NCBI GenBank assembly: GCA_030650885.1
Contig: JAUSDE010000197.1
Span: forward strand, 1-36,010
Length of the DNA stretch: 36,010 bases
Source: Thermoleophilia bacterium
Lineage (GTDB): Bacteria > Actinomycetota > Thermoleophilia > BMS3ABIN01
Direction: 5' to 3'
Positions within the stretch are counted from its first letter, which is position 1. Every line of letters starts with the position of its first letter. This document shows, piece after piece, positions 16,301-25,683 of the stretch. The notes under the pieces are model-generated. The model ran no database searches and had not been told where the DNA came from. It saw nothing but the letters and a program-made list of their open reading frames with translations. The translations under genes were made by a program, and so were the position numbers.

Positions 16301-17416
16301 ATGAGAATCGGTATCGAAGGCCTGCCCCTCCTGTTCCACCGCACTGGAACCTCGACCTACACCCATGAGCTGGTACAGAGCCTGAGACGGCTGAACCGGG
16401 GTGACCAGGTGATCCTTTTCGCGCGGGACCAGCGGATGGCGGGGGATTCCTACCACAACATCTCTTTCGCGGAGAGGGCGGCAAACTATATCTATAAAGA
16501 GTATCGGCTGCCACAGGAGCTGGCCGAACGGGGCATCGATATCTATCATGCCCCGCGTGACATGGGCTTGCCCAAGACATCGCGCCTGCCGTGTGCCAGC
16601 ATCATCACCCTGCATGACATCATTCTGATCAGGCTGGCGTCGGACTACTACAGTGCGGCAAGGGCGCGGATGTATGAACGCCGCCTGCGCGACAGGGTTG
16701 GAGGTGCCGACCATGTCATCACGATTTCCGAGTTCTCCCGCAAGGACATCCTCGACTGGTGTGACATCGACCCTGGCAAGATCAGCGTCGTACACGACGC
16801 CGTCAACGAAACTTTTCGCCCGGTTACCGACGAGGCGAAGCTGGCTGCTGTCGGCAGCCGCTATCAGCTGCCACCTCGTTTTGCCCTGTGCGTGGGTTCG
16901 ACGGAACCGCGCAAGAATATCCGCAACTCGATCAAGGCATTCACGCAGCTCAGGCGCGTCCGCGCCGACGTGCAGCTGGTTGTAACCGGTGTGGAGTACT
17001 GCCGGGTCGGTCCCGATCAGGCTTTTGCGGGCCTGGACCTGGAAGGCGTCCATTTCGCTGGATATGTACACGACCAGGACATGCCGGCCATATACAGCAT
17101 GGCCGAAGTGCTGGTTTTTCCTTCCCTGTACGAAGGGTTCGGATTGCCGCCACTCGAATCGATGGCCTGTGGCACGCCGGTGGTCACCTCAAACTCCACA
17201 TCCATCCCCGAAATCGTCGGGGATGCGGCGGTGCTGGTCGACCCTGAAAGCCCGGCCGAGATCGCAGGAGCTCTGGAAATGGTGCTATCCTCCGGCGACG
17301 TTCGCGCCGGACTGATCGAAAAGGGTACTGCCCGCGTCGCGACTTTCAGCTGGCGGCAGTGTGCTGAAGAGACACGAGATCTTTATCAGCGGGTATTATC
17401 AGCCCGTGGCCACTAA
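16301..17416 (+). CDS. Glycosyltransferase family 4 (GT-B, Glycos_transf_1)
   Basis: The ORF track gives 16127..17416. The typical GT4 N-terminus MRIGIEGLPLLFHRTGTSTY starts at ATG 16301, and the upstream 58 aa look non-coding. C-terminal signature: LVFPSLYEGFGLPPLESMACGTPVVTSN (E-x7-E). Confidence 0.85.
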   Translation: MRIGIEGLPLLFHRTGTSTYTHELVQSLRRLNRGDQVILFARDQRMAGDSYHNISFAERAANYIYKEYRLPQELAERGIDIYHAPRDMGLPKTSRLPCASIITLHDIILIRLASDYYSAARARMYERRLRDRVGGADHVITISEFSRKDILDWCDIDPGKISVVHDAVNETFRPVTDEAKLAAVGSRYQLPPRFALCVGSTEPRKNIRNSIKAFTQLRRVRADVQLVVTGVEYCRVGPDQAFAGLDLEGVHFAGYVHDQDMPAIYSMAEVLVFPSLYEGFGLPPLESMACGTPVVTSNSTSIPEIVGDAAVLVDPESPAEIAGALEMVLSSGDVRAGLIEKGTARVATFSWRQCAEETRDLYQRVLSARGH

Positions 17417-19142
17417 CACTGAAATAGCCCAGATTCTTGAGACGCTGGCCGAGCTGATGGAGCTCGACGGTGTTAACAAGTTCAGATTCATAGCCCTTCA
17501 AAAGGCTGCGCGGCGCGTCTCTGAGGCTGGCTTCTCCATAACCGAACGGGCTGCCGCTGGAACCCTGACGGATATCCCCGACATCGGTGAGAAGATCGCC
17601 GCCAAGATCGAGGAGATCGTCGCAACTGGCAGGCTCGGGGAACTCGAGGAATATTTCCAGAAGTATCCCCCGGCCCTGATAGAGATGGAGCGGGTGCAGG
17701 GCGTCGGGCCGAGGACCGCCCGCCGCGTCTGGGAGGACCTGGGCGTGTCCAACATCGCCGAACTGGAGGCGGCCGCCCGTGACGGAAGCATTGCCGGTCT
17801 GCCTGGCCTGGGAGAGAAAAGCGCGGAAAACATCCTCAAGGCTATCGAACGGCTCAAGGTGCGAAGCGACCGGCTGCTGCTGGGCGAAGTTCTCCCCGTG
17901 GCCGAAGAGATCGCCGAGCGGCTCAGACGGGTTCCCGGAGCTCGTAATGTAACCTGCGCCGGCAGCGTCAGGCGTATGAAAGAGACGGTCAAAGATGTGG
18001 ACATCATCGCAACCGCAACGGACCCTGAAGCGTTGACGGGGGCTGTCGGCCGCCTGCCGATGGTCGCGGATATAATCACCAGCGGCCCTACTAAATGCTC
18101 AGTGCGCACCCATGCGGGCCTTCAGGTTGACCTGCGGGTGGTTCCAGACAGTCTTTACGGCAATCTCCTTCAACATTTCACAGGATCTAAAGAGCATAAT
18201 ATAGCCCTGAGGGAACTGGCTATATCGATGGGGCTCAAGGTCAGCGAGTACGGGGTTGAGGAGACCGCCAGCGGCAAGGTCAACGAATGTGCCACCGAAG
18301 CAGAAGTCTACAGCCTGCTCGGACTGGCTTACATCCCCCCGGAGCTACGCGAGGACAGCGGTGAACTGAAAGCCGCCGCGGAAGGCCGGCTGCCGCATCT
18401 TATCGAGACCGGAGACCTTAAGGGGGACCTGCACCTGCATACTGACTGGAGTGACGGACGCGCGTCGATCAAAGAGATGGCTCTCGCGGCACTGGATCGC
18501 GGTTATTCCTATATCGGTGTATCCGATCACACTCAGTCGATGGGCATGGTAAGAGGCCTGACTCCCAAGAGGCTTGAAGAGCAGCTCGCTGAAATCGCAC
18601 AGGTGAACGATGAGCTGGAGGGATTCCGCGTCTTCGCCAGCGCCGAAGTCGATGTAAGGTCAGACGGTTCACTTGACCTGCCGGATGAATCCCTGTCATC
18701 GCTTGATTTCGTCACTGTCTCGATCCATTCCGGCTTCAATCAGGAGAAATCACAGATAATGGAGCGGCTGCGCGCGGCCATGGAGAATCCGTTTGTCAGG
18801 GCCATCGGGCATCCAACAGGAAGATTGATCAACCGGCGTGAGCCTTACGAAGTGGACATGGAAGAGATTATCGCGACGGCGGCGCGAACGGGCACGGCGC
18901 TGGAGATCAACTCCCACTTTCAGCGGCTCGACCTTAACGACATCCATGCGCGGGCGGCAAAGAACGCCAGCGTACCACTCGTAATCAACAGCGACGCCCA
19001 CCGTCCGGAACATCTGGATGTGCTCAGATATGGCATTGCCACCGCCCGGCGCGGCTGGATCGAGCCGGCCGATGTCCTGAACACCTTGAGCACATCTGCC
19101 ATGGAAAAGGTCCTGCTCAAACCCAAGACCGGGATCCTCTAG
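17361..19142 (+). CDS. polX: DNA polymerase X family protein with C-terminal PHP domain (PolX)
   Basis: HhH motifs (GVGPRTARRVWEDLG, LPGLGEKSAENI), nucleotidyltransferase motif GSVRRMKETVKDVDIIA and PHP motif GDLHLHTDWSDGRASI...SDH. The in-frame GTG at 17406 (VATNTEIAQILETLAELMEL...) is an equally plausible start. Either start overlaps the GT4 stop. Confidence 0.85.
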   Translation: MLKRHEIFISGYYQPVATNTEIAQILETLAELMELDGVNKFRFIALQKAARRVSEAGFSITERAAAGTLTDIPDIGEKIAAKIEEIVATGRLGELEEYFQKYPPALIEMERVQGVGPRTARRVWEDLGVSNIAELEAAARDGSIAGLPGLGEKSAENILKAIERLKVRSDRLLLGEVLPVAEEIAERLRRVPGARNVTCAGSVRRMKETVKDVDIIATATDPEALTGAVGRLPMVADIITSGPTKCSVRTHAGLQVDLRVVPDSLYGNLLQHFTGSKEHNIALRELAISMGLKVSEYGVEETASGKVNECATEAEVYSLLGLAYIPPELREDSGELKAAAEGRLPHLIETGDLKGDLHLHTDWSDGRASIKEMALAALDRGYSYIGVSDHTQSMGMVRGLTPKRLEEQLAEIAQVNDELEGFRVFASAEVDVRSDGSLDLPDESLSSLDFVTVSIHSGFNQEKSQIMERLRAAMENPFVRAIGHPTGRLINRREPYEVDMEEIIATAARTGTALEINSHFQRLDLNDIHARAAKNASVPLVINSDAHRPEHLDVLRYGIATARRGWIEPADVLNTLSTSAMEKVLLKPKTGIL

Positions 19143-19148
19143 CAACAT

Positions 19149-20432
19149 ATGCCCCGCATGGACACAGCTGACTTGAATCGACGGCCGCTGTTGCCGCTGA
19201 TAATCGCCTGCCTGGTGCTCGCGATGTTCTGCACGGGCTGCTTTGGGGAAACACCGGCCAACGTCGACTGGGCGACACATGAAAGCACCGGCGCGTCCGC
19301 CAGCGCTGATGGCATCCAGGAAACTCTGGACACATACGCCAGCGCCCTGGTCGAAAAAGACCGCGTCAGATTCGCGAGCATCCTTGATCAGGAAAACCCG
19401 GCGTTTACCGAACAGGAGCTTCAACGATTCGACGGGTTGATCGAGGTGCCATTCGACCGCTACTACCTGAACCTCATCAGCCAGACCGAGTCCGAACCCG
19501 GCAAGGTGGCTGCCAAGGTCGCCACCGCGTACACGTTGCGAGGCAGCTTTCCGGAGCTTCCGGACCTGAGGCGGGACGCCTATTTTCTGGTCCGTCGTGA
19601 TGGCGGATGGAAACTAGCTGGAGACGCAGGTGAACAGATACTCGGCATGAAGCGCGACGCACGGTTTGAGGACTTCGGCAAGGTCGAAGCGCTGGAAGGC
19701 GACCGCACAATTGTGTTCTACCAGTCACCCCAGACTGAGGTCGCGCAGCAGGCGCTTACGATGGCCGAGGCTTCCCTGCCGCGCATTGAAGAATTCGTTC
19801 CCGGCGCCAGCCTGCCCAAAGTGCCGGTTAAGGTTTATAAAGGCACGGATGAGATCAATCAGACCTTTCCGGGCAAGTGGCAGGAATGGACCGGCGGAGC
19901 ATCGCGCCAGCTCGGAGAGAAAGCCGAACAGGGCGGCGAGATCATCATCGACGCCGAGGTCTTCCAGGAAACCGATAAAACCAGCCCGGGATATAACCAG
20001 AAGATGATCGCCCATGAGCTTACCCATATCGCCCTCTTCCCCCTGACCGGTGACCGCACTCCACCGTTTCTGATCGAGGGGCTCGCCGACCATGTAGCCG
20101 GAATCGAGGATGTCGTCCTCTTGAAGAACAGGCTTCAGAGCGGCTCAGATTTCAGCCCGACTCTCAGCGACTTATATCAGCCGGGAGGCTTTTCGGCGCT
20201 TTTGACCACGGATGCCGCCACACTCGCTTATGAGGAATCCGATATGGCGGTTGCGCTGCTTGAGGAAAGATACGGGAACGAGAAAGTGCTCGCGCTGCTT
20301 CGGGAATTCCGCCGGCGCGAGAGCGACAATGTTAACCAGGCGGTGCTGGTGGACGAGATCTTCAGATCCGTGCTTGGCGTCAGCTGGAACGAATTTGAGA
20401 ATGACTGGCGCCGCTATGTGCTGGAGAACTGA
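19149..20432 (+). CDS. Exported HExxH protein (peptidase MA-like), possible lipoprotein
   Basis: 427-aa ORF. The N-terminal hydrophobic segment ends ...LAMFCTGCFG, which is signal-peptide-like but not a canonical lipobox. MIAHELTHIALF followed by FLIEGLADHV resembles the HExxH...EGxA pattern of Peptidase_MA_2-type proteins. Confidence 0.6.
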   Translation: MPRMDTADLNRRPLLPLIIACLVLAMFCTGCFGETPANVDWATHESTGASASADGIQETLDTYASALVEKDRVRFASILDQENPAFTEQELQRFDGLIEVPFDRYYLNLISQTESEPGKVAAKVATAYTLRGSFPELPDLRRDAYFLVRRDGGWKLAGDAGEQILGMKRDARFEDFGKVEALEGDRTIVFYQSPQTEVAQQALTMAEASLPRIEEFVPGASLPKVPVKVYKGTDEINQTFPGKWQEWTGGASRQLGEKAEQGGEIIIDAEVFQETDKTSPGYNQKMIAHELTHIALFPLTGDRTPPFLIEGLADHVAGIEDVVLLKNRLQSGSDFSPTLSDLYQPGGFSALLTTDAATLAYEESDMAVALLEERYGNEKVLALLREFRRRESDNVNQAVLVDEIFRSVLGVSWNEFENDWRRYVLEN

Positions 20433-20450
20433 GATGAGCCGGGGTTCGTC

Positions 20451-21347
20451 ATGAAGCGCATTTTATTTATAATCACAATCGTTTTATTGACCGCCTTGCT
20501 CGCCGCTGGCGCCTGGTTCGGTCTCGGCCTGGCACAGGAGAAGCGCGCGGACAGGCTGTTATCCAGCGCAAACTCACATATTGAGGAGGCAAATGTGATC
20601 ATGGCTGAAGCCGGGATCGGTCAGCTGGGATCCGAGAGCTTTACCTCGCTGGACAGCATCAACCGCGCCACAGTCGCCGCTGAATCCATGATGCCATTGC
20701 TGGAAGAGGCCGTAAATGAGGTAAACAGCGCTCAGGAAGATGCAGACAAGGCAGCAGGATTTCCACTGCTGGATGATCGGTACAACAGATATCTGCTCAA
20801 GAAACGGGAAATCGCCGAAACGCGAATCCGCCAGCTCGAAGTCCAGGCTGAAACAGCCGACCGGCTTCTGAAGTTCTATGCCGCCGGGCCGGTTATCTTC
20901 AACTCAGTTCAGGAGATGGATCGGCTCTTCGGCCAGCTGCAGAATGCACTTGGCAAAGTGCAGTCAAGCCCTGCGGAAGCCAGCGAGTCACTCGTCCAGA
21001 TTGCCGGGGCTTTCTCAACGATCCAGAATCAGCTGGACCAGGCTTATACAGAAAACGGTTTTGAGATACTACCCGTACTTTCCAGGACGGCGGCGGATAA
21101 TGCCGGACTGGCGTCGCTGGCCGCCCAGCTGGCTGATGCTGCCGGCGCCGGCGACCAGGCACGGGCTCAACAGGCCGCCATCGGTCTGGAAGAAAAACTG
21201 CTCACCACTTCTATCAGCGGGGATACGGTCGATCAGTGGTGGAAGCAACAGATCGAACCGCTGGAGCATGAATTCGCCGAACTGCAATCAGAACAGGAGG
21301 CTCTGGACGAGGAGGCGGCGGCGCTTTACGATCAACTCAATTATTAA
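20451..21347 (+). CDS. Membrane-anchored, predicted helical/coiled-coil protein of unknown function
   Basis: 298-aa ORF. A single N-terminal TM segment (ILFIITIVLLTALLAAGAWFGLGLA) is followed by Ala/Glu/Gln/Leu-rich sequence. No motif recognised. Confidence 0.55.
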   Translation: MKRILFIITIVLLTALLAAGAWFGLGLAQEKRADRLLSSANSHIEEANVIMAEAGIGQLGSESFTSLDSINRATVAAESMMPLLEEAVNEVNSAQEDADKAAGFPLLDDRYNRYLLKKREIAETRIRQLEVQAETADRLLKFYAAGPVIFNSVQEMDRLFGQLQNALGKVQSSPAEASESLVQIAGAFSTIQNQLDQAYTENGFEILPVLSRTAADNAGLASLAAQLADAAGAGDQARAQQAAIGLEEKLLTTSISGDTVDQWWKQQIEPLEHEFAELQSEQEALDEEAAALYDQLNY

Positions 21348-21370
21348 GCATGTGGCTGACACCGGCGGAA

Positions 21371-22414
21371 TCAGTTTTCGAAGCATTCCCGCATCAGCTC
21401 CAGCGCATCCGCGAAACTGCCGGCTCGCCTCAGGCCATCCCTAAGACCAGCATCCGGCCTGAAAGTCTTCAGAAACCAGCCGTAGAATTTTCTCATGTAC
21501 CTTGAGGCTCGTTCCTCGCCCATCTCGATAACAACATCCCGATAAAAACAGGACATCTCGGAGAGTACTTCTCCAGCTGGTCTGCGGGAGGGCTCGACTC
21601 CGTCCAGCAGGTCCCTGTAAATCCAGGGATTGCCCAAAGAAGCCCTGCCGATCATTACCGCGGCGCAGCCATTCTTGATCAGGGATGATGCCTGTCCCGG
21701 GCGGGCGACATCACCGCTGGCGATCACAGGCACTCCCAGTGAAACGGCCAGTGCCGCGGAAACGGAGTGGTCCGCCCAACCTTTCTGGCCCTGAATCGCC
21801 AATCTCGGATGAATACAGATGGCCGACGCTCCAGCCTGAACCAATTTTTTCGCAAATTCAGGCGCCGTTATCTCTCGTTTAAGCCCCGATCGTATCTTAA
21901 CTGTAACCGGGATACTCACGGCATCAGATACTGCAGCAGTCACACGAGACGCCAACTCTGCATCTCCCATCAGAGCAACCCCGGCGCCGGTCTTGACTAC
22001 CTTTCGCACCGGACATCCCATGTTGATGTCTATAACATCCGCGCCGGCCGCTTCCGCCGCAAGGGCGGCTTCGACCATCACTCCGGCATCGTTGCCAAAA
22101 ATCTGCACTGACACCGGATGCTCCTCTTCCGTCAGCTTTAACATCGCCTGGGTACGCCGGTTGTGATAATGGATACCATAGCTGCTGATCATCTCGGTGG
22201 TCACCAGTCCGGCTCCGAAACGCCGCGCCTGAAGCCGGAAGGCAGAGCCGCTGATGCCTGCCATCGGCGCCTGCACCAGCCGGTTCGGTACGTACAGGGA
22301 GCCTATGTTGAAGCCATCGCCAAGAGGCCGCAAGCCGGCTCCGGAACCCCCGTTGATGCCGGACGGTTCGTCGCCGCTAAAGAGTTCATTCGTATGTGAC
22401 GTAGTATGCGTCAT
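21371..22414 (-). CDS. dus: tRNA-dihydrouridine synthase (Dus family)
   Basis: 347-aa ORF with VQAPMAGISGSAFRLQARRFGAGLVTTEMISS, DINMGCPVRKVVKTGAGVALM and GDVARPGQASSLIKNGCAAVMIGRASLGNPWI. Confidence 0.88.
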   Translation of the reverse strand: MTHTTSHTNELFSGDEPSGINGGSGAGLRPLGDGFNIGSLYVPNRLVQAPMAGISGSAFRLQARRFGAGLVTTEMISSYGIHYHNRRTQAMLKLTEEEHPVSVQIFGNDAGVMVEAALAAEAAGADVIDINMGCPVRKVVKTGAGVALMGDAELASRVTAAVSDAVSIPVTVKIRSGLKREITAPEFAKKLVQAGASAICIHPRLAIQGQKGWADHSVSAALAVSLGVPVIASGDVARPGQASSLIKNGCAAVMIGRASLGNPWIYRDLLDGVEPSRRPAGEVLSEMSCFYRDVVIEMGEERASRYMRKFYGWFLKTFRPDAGLRDGLRRAGSFADALELMRECFEN

Positions 22415-22430
22415 GCTAGAATACCCTCAC

Positions 22431-23279
22431 ATGGCTGACCTGGTTCTCGAAACCCACAACCTCACCAAAGAGTTTATCAGGCGCAAGGGGTTTTCTTCGC
22501 CCCGACGACCTTTGGACAAGACCGTTTTCACAGCTGTCAAGGGAATCAGCCTTTCCATCGAGCGTGGTGAGATCTTTGGCCTTCTCGGGCCGAACGGCGC
22601 CGGCAAAACGACCCTCACCAAGATGCTCTGTACCCTGTTGCTGCCCAGTGCGGGCAACGCAAGCATCTGTGGCTTCGACCTCGCCCGTCAACAGGGTAAA
22701 GTCAAATCCCGCATCGCTCTCATTTCCAGCGAAGAACGCAGCTTTTACTGGCGCCTGAGCGGACGACAGAACCTTGATTTTTTCGCGGCGCTCCATGGCC
22801 TTTCGAAAAAAACGGCCCGGCAGCGCATAGACAAGGTCCTCGAGATCGTCGAGATGTCCGACGCTGCCGACCGCCGATTCCAGGAATATTCCACCGGCAT
22901 GAAACAGCGCATGGGTCTGGCCCGCGGCCTGCTCGCAGATCCCGAGATCTTTTTCATGGATGAACCCACCAAGGGACTCGACCCTATCGCCGCCTGGCAT
23001 CTCCATGAATTCATCCGCAACCGGCTGGCGGCCGCAGGCAAGACCGTGGTCATCGCAACCCATCATCTGGCAGAAGCGGAACAGATCTGCGACCGTGTCG
23101 GCGTCATGTATGCCGGCGAGATGCGCGCTAGCGGTGCGGTCAAGGAACTCACCGGCGATGCCTCGCTTACTGACTTCTTTCGAGATCTGGTGGAACAGTC
23201 GATGGTGGAACCTTCGAAAAGCTGGGACGTGGGAGGCATGCCAGTCGAGGGCATGCCAGTGGAGGGAATGCCAGAATGA
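22431..23279 (+). CDS. ABC transporter ATP-binding protein (ABC-2/DrrA-like)
   Basis: The ORF track gives 22254..23279, but that 5' part is antisense to dus. MADLVLETHNLTKEF starts at ATG 22431 (alternative ATG at 22413). Walker A GLLGPNGAGKTT, signature YSTGMKQRMGLARGL, Walker B IFFMDEPTKGLD. The stop overlaps the next start (ATGA). Confidence 0.85.
   Translation: MADLVLETHNLTKEFIRRKGFSSPRRPLDKTVFTAVKGISLSIERGEIFGLLGPNGAGKTTLTKMLCTLLLPSAGNASICGFDLARQQGKVKSRIALISSEERSFYWRLSGRQNLDFFAALHGLSKKTARQRIDKVLEIVEMSDAADRRFQEYSTGMKQRMGLARGLLADPEIFFMDEPTKGLDPIAAWHLHEFIRNRLAAAGKTVVIATHHLAEAEQICDRVGVMYAGEMRASGAVKELTGDASLTDFFRDLVEQSMVEPSKSWDVGGMPVEGMPVEGMPE
23235..23279 (+). repeat. 3 x 15-bp tandem repeat at the ABC-2 ATPase 3' end
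   Basis: The units are ggcatgccagtcgag, ggcatgccagtggag and ggaatgccagaatga, encoding GMPVE-GMPVE-GMPE-stop. The repeat overlaps the RBS and start of the permease gene. Confidence 0.85.
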
Positions 23280-24097
23280 TACTCAATTTCAGAAAGCCGA
23301 TGGCGTTCCTGAAAAAAGACTTCCTGATGGAAATCAGCTACAAGTTTTCCTTCGTTCTGCAGTTCGCAAGCATCTTTTTTTCTGTGGTCATGTTCTACTT
23401 TGTGGCCAAACTGCTGGGCGATGCGCCATCGGTGCAGAGCAGCCTCAGCGAATATGGTGGTGACTATTTCTCATTCGTGCTGATCGGCATCGCCTTTTCA
23501 AATTTCCTTTCCGTCGGGCTTGGCAGTTTCGCCACCAGCATCCGTTCAGAACAGATGATCGGAACCCTCGAGGCCATGCTGGTCACGCCCACACGCCTGT
23601 CCAATATAGTGCTCTCCTCTTCCCAGTGGAGCTTCGCATTCACTTCCCTGCGCGTCGGCGTCTACCTGCTGATCGGCGGACTCTTCTTCGGAGTCAGTTT
23701 CGCGGGTGCAGCCGTGCTACCGGCGCTCCTGGCGCTTGTACTCACTGTCGTAGCCTTCTCCAGCCTTGGAATCATCTCTGCCAGCTTCATCATGGTCTAC
23801 AAACGCGGCGACCCGATCGCCTTCGTACTGGCTACTTCATCGACGCTGCTGGGTGGCGTCTACTATCCCATCAGTGTTCTGCCCGGCTGGCTGCAAAGCC
23901 TCTCCTATCTCTTTCCTATTACATATTCGCTGCGAGCTATCAGACTCTCTCTTCTGCAGGGAGCCGGATTTGACGAAGTCGGTAGCGACCTGCTGGCCCT
24001 GCTTGCCTTCTCCTGTATTACCATACCAATCAGCCTTTTTTGCTTCCGACTGGCTGTCAGAAGGGCCAAGCGTGACGGCAGTCTGGCTCATTATTAG
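23276..24097 (+). CDS. ABC-2 type transporter permease
   Basis: 273-aa polytopic membrane ORF, translationally coupled to the preceding ATPase, with a GGAGGG SD 9 nt upstream of the ATG. Confidence 0.8.
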   Translation: MILNFRKPMAFLKKDFLMEISYKFSFVLQFASIFFSVVMFYFVAKLLGDAPSVQSSLSEYGGDYFSFVLIGIAFSNFLSVGLGSFATSIRSEQMIGTLEAMLVTPTRLSNIVLSSSQWSFAFTSLRVGVYLLIGGLFFGVSFAGAAVLPALLALVLTVVAFSSLGIISASFIMVYKRGDPIAFVLATSSTLLGGVYYPISVLPGWLQSLSYLFPITYSLRAIRLSLLQGAGFDEVGSDLLALLAFSCITIPISLFCFRLAVRRAKRDGSLAHY

Positions 24098-24154
24098 ACT
24101 TCTGGCTCCTTATTAAGCTCCTTTAAGTTTTAGCCGGCTGAGCCCGGCGGCAGT

Positions 24155-24182
24155 TTCACTTTCAATCATCAGCATCTACAAT
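24155..24182 (+). promoter_or_regulatory. Possible sigma-70-type promoter for the rpoN operon
   Basis: TTCACT-N16-TACAAT lies in the 203-nt gap upstream of rpoN. It is followed by the direct repeats TCAGTCAA (x2) and CAGTCA. Pattern match only. Confidence 0.25.
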
Positions 24183-24300
24183 ATTTAAAATCAGTCAATC
24201 ATGTTTGATTCAGTCAAGCAGTCACGATTGCAGCGGAATCCCCCAGCCGCGCAACGGTCGGCAGCTTGAGATATCTGCGATAGTATCCGAAAGCCCGGTC

Positions 24301-25683
24301 ATGGAACTCAAACCAACCCTGAAGACATCCCCATCGGTAAGCCAGCAACTGGTGCTATCACCAAGGCTCTACCAGAGCCTGAGTATACTTCGGCTGGCCG
24401 CCCCCGAACTCCAGGAGCTTATACAAAAGGAGCTCGTGGAGAATCCGACTTTAGAGATCCCTGAGCCTTCCGAGATGGATCAAGAGCATGGCAACACCGC
24501 CGAGCGGGAGCTCTGGGACGATTACCTGGGTGCGCACCGAAGTGAGGGCGGTAGTTATTCTGGCAGTGGCGAAGCGACAGCACGCGGGGAACTGGCCGCA
24601 AGCCCTGTAACCCTCACCGAGCACCTGACCACGCAGCTCGAGCTGGAGAGCCTCGATGACAGGCGGCGGCGTATCGGGCTCGCCATCATCGGCAGCCTCG
24701 ATGAAGACGGCTATCTCCGCGAACCGTTAACAGCTCTGGCCAGGACCATCGACAGGCCTGAAAGCGAGATCGAGGAGGTGCTGGCCCTGGTGCAGCATTT
24801 CGATCCTCCGGGAGTCGCAGCTCGTGACCTCGCGGAATGCCTGGCCATCCAGCTTGAGCAGATGAATTCTGGCGATACCGCAATCAGCATCGCAAGGGAT
24901 TTTCTACCCAAGGTGGCGCGTGGCGCATATACAGACATTGCAAAGACCCTGTCGATCTCTACCGCCCGAGTGCGCAATGCTGTCAAACTCATCCGGAGCC
25001 TGTGCCCCTCACCGGGATCCCTTTTCGATAACAGCCCGCCCGCGTCGGCCATCATTCCTGATATATACGCGCGACTTGACCGCGGCGGTAAGGTGCGGGT
25101 ATTGGCCAACAGGGAGATCCTGCCTTCCCTGAGGTTGAGTCGGCTTTACAAAGAGATGGCCGAAGCCAGCAACGAGGGCGCTGACAGGGAAACCACCCTC
25201 TACGTCAAGGAAAAGATCCAGGAGGCCTCGCGGCTGATCCGGGATATCGACCACCGGCGTACGACGGTTACCAAGGTAGCCCGCGCCATCGCCGATTCCC
25301 AGCCGGAATTTTTCACACTGGGGCCCGAACACCTTCGTCCGCTGGGACTTGAAGAGATCGCTGAAAAGCTGGAAGTGCATCCATCAACTGTCAGCCGTGC
25401 CATACTGGGAAAATATATGAGTACACCTTATGGCATCTTTGAGTTCCGCTATTTCTTTTCTGCTGGCTATGCGACCTCTGATGGCGATGGATTGTCATCC
25501 ACAGCAGTAAAGAAACGGCTGGCGGGAATGATCTCAGCCGAGGATCACCGCCGCCCACTATCCGACCAGAAGCTGGCAAAACAACTTGGAGCAAGCGGTC
25601 TCAGCATTTCACGCCGAACGGTGGCCAAATACCGTGAAGCATTGGGAATCAGTGCTTCCTGGGAGCGCAAGCAGATCAAATGA
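24301..25683 (+). CDS. rpoN: RNA polymerase sigma-54 factor
   Basis: The ORF track starts at TTG 24205. The typical region I sequence MELKPTLKTSPSVSQQLVLSPRLYQSLSILRLAAPELQELIQKELVENPTLE starts at ATG 24301. The C-terminal RpoN box is ISRRTVAKYREALGI. The stop overlaps the next start (ATGA at 25680). Confidence 0.92.
   Translation: MELKPTLKTSPSVSQQLVLSPRLYQSLSILRLAAPELQELIQKELVENPTLEIPEPSEMDQEHGNTAERELWDDYLGAHRSEGGSYSGSGEATARGELAASPVTLTEHLTTQLELESLDDRRRRIGLAIIGSLDEDGYLREPLTALARTIDRPESEIEEVLALVQHFDPPGVAARDLAECLAIQLEQMNSGDTAISIARDFLPKVARGAYTDIAKTLSISTARVRNAVKLIRSLCPSPGSLFDNSPPASAIIPDIYARLDRGGKVRVLANREILPSLRLSRLYKEMAEASNEGADRETTLYVKEKIQEASRLIRDIDHRRTTVTKVARAIADSQPEFFTLGPEHLRPLGLEEIAEKLEVHPSTVSRAILGKYMSTPYGIFEFRYFFSAGYATSDGDGLSSTAVKKRLAGMISAEDHRRPLSDQKLAKQLGASGLSISRRTVAKYREALGISASWERKQIK

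Noticed and set aside
20530-20544. Sigma-54-like match TGGCACaggagAAGC
   Set aside because: It lies inside the 20451 coding region, the -12 element lacks TTGC, and there is no downstream gene start.
22254-22430. 5' extension of the ABC-2 ATPase ORF
   Set aside because: It is antisense to the well-supported Dus N-terminus. The ATPase homology starts at MADLVLETHNLTKEF.
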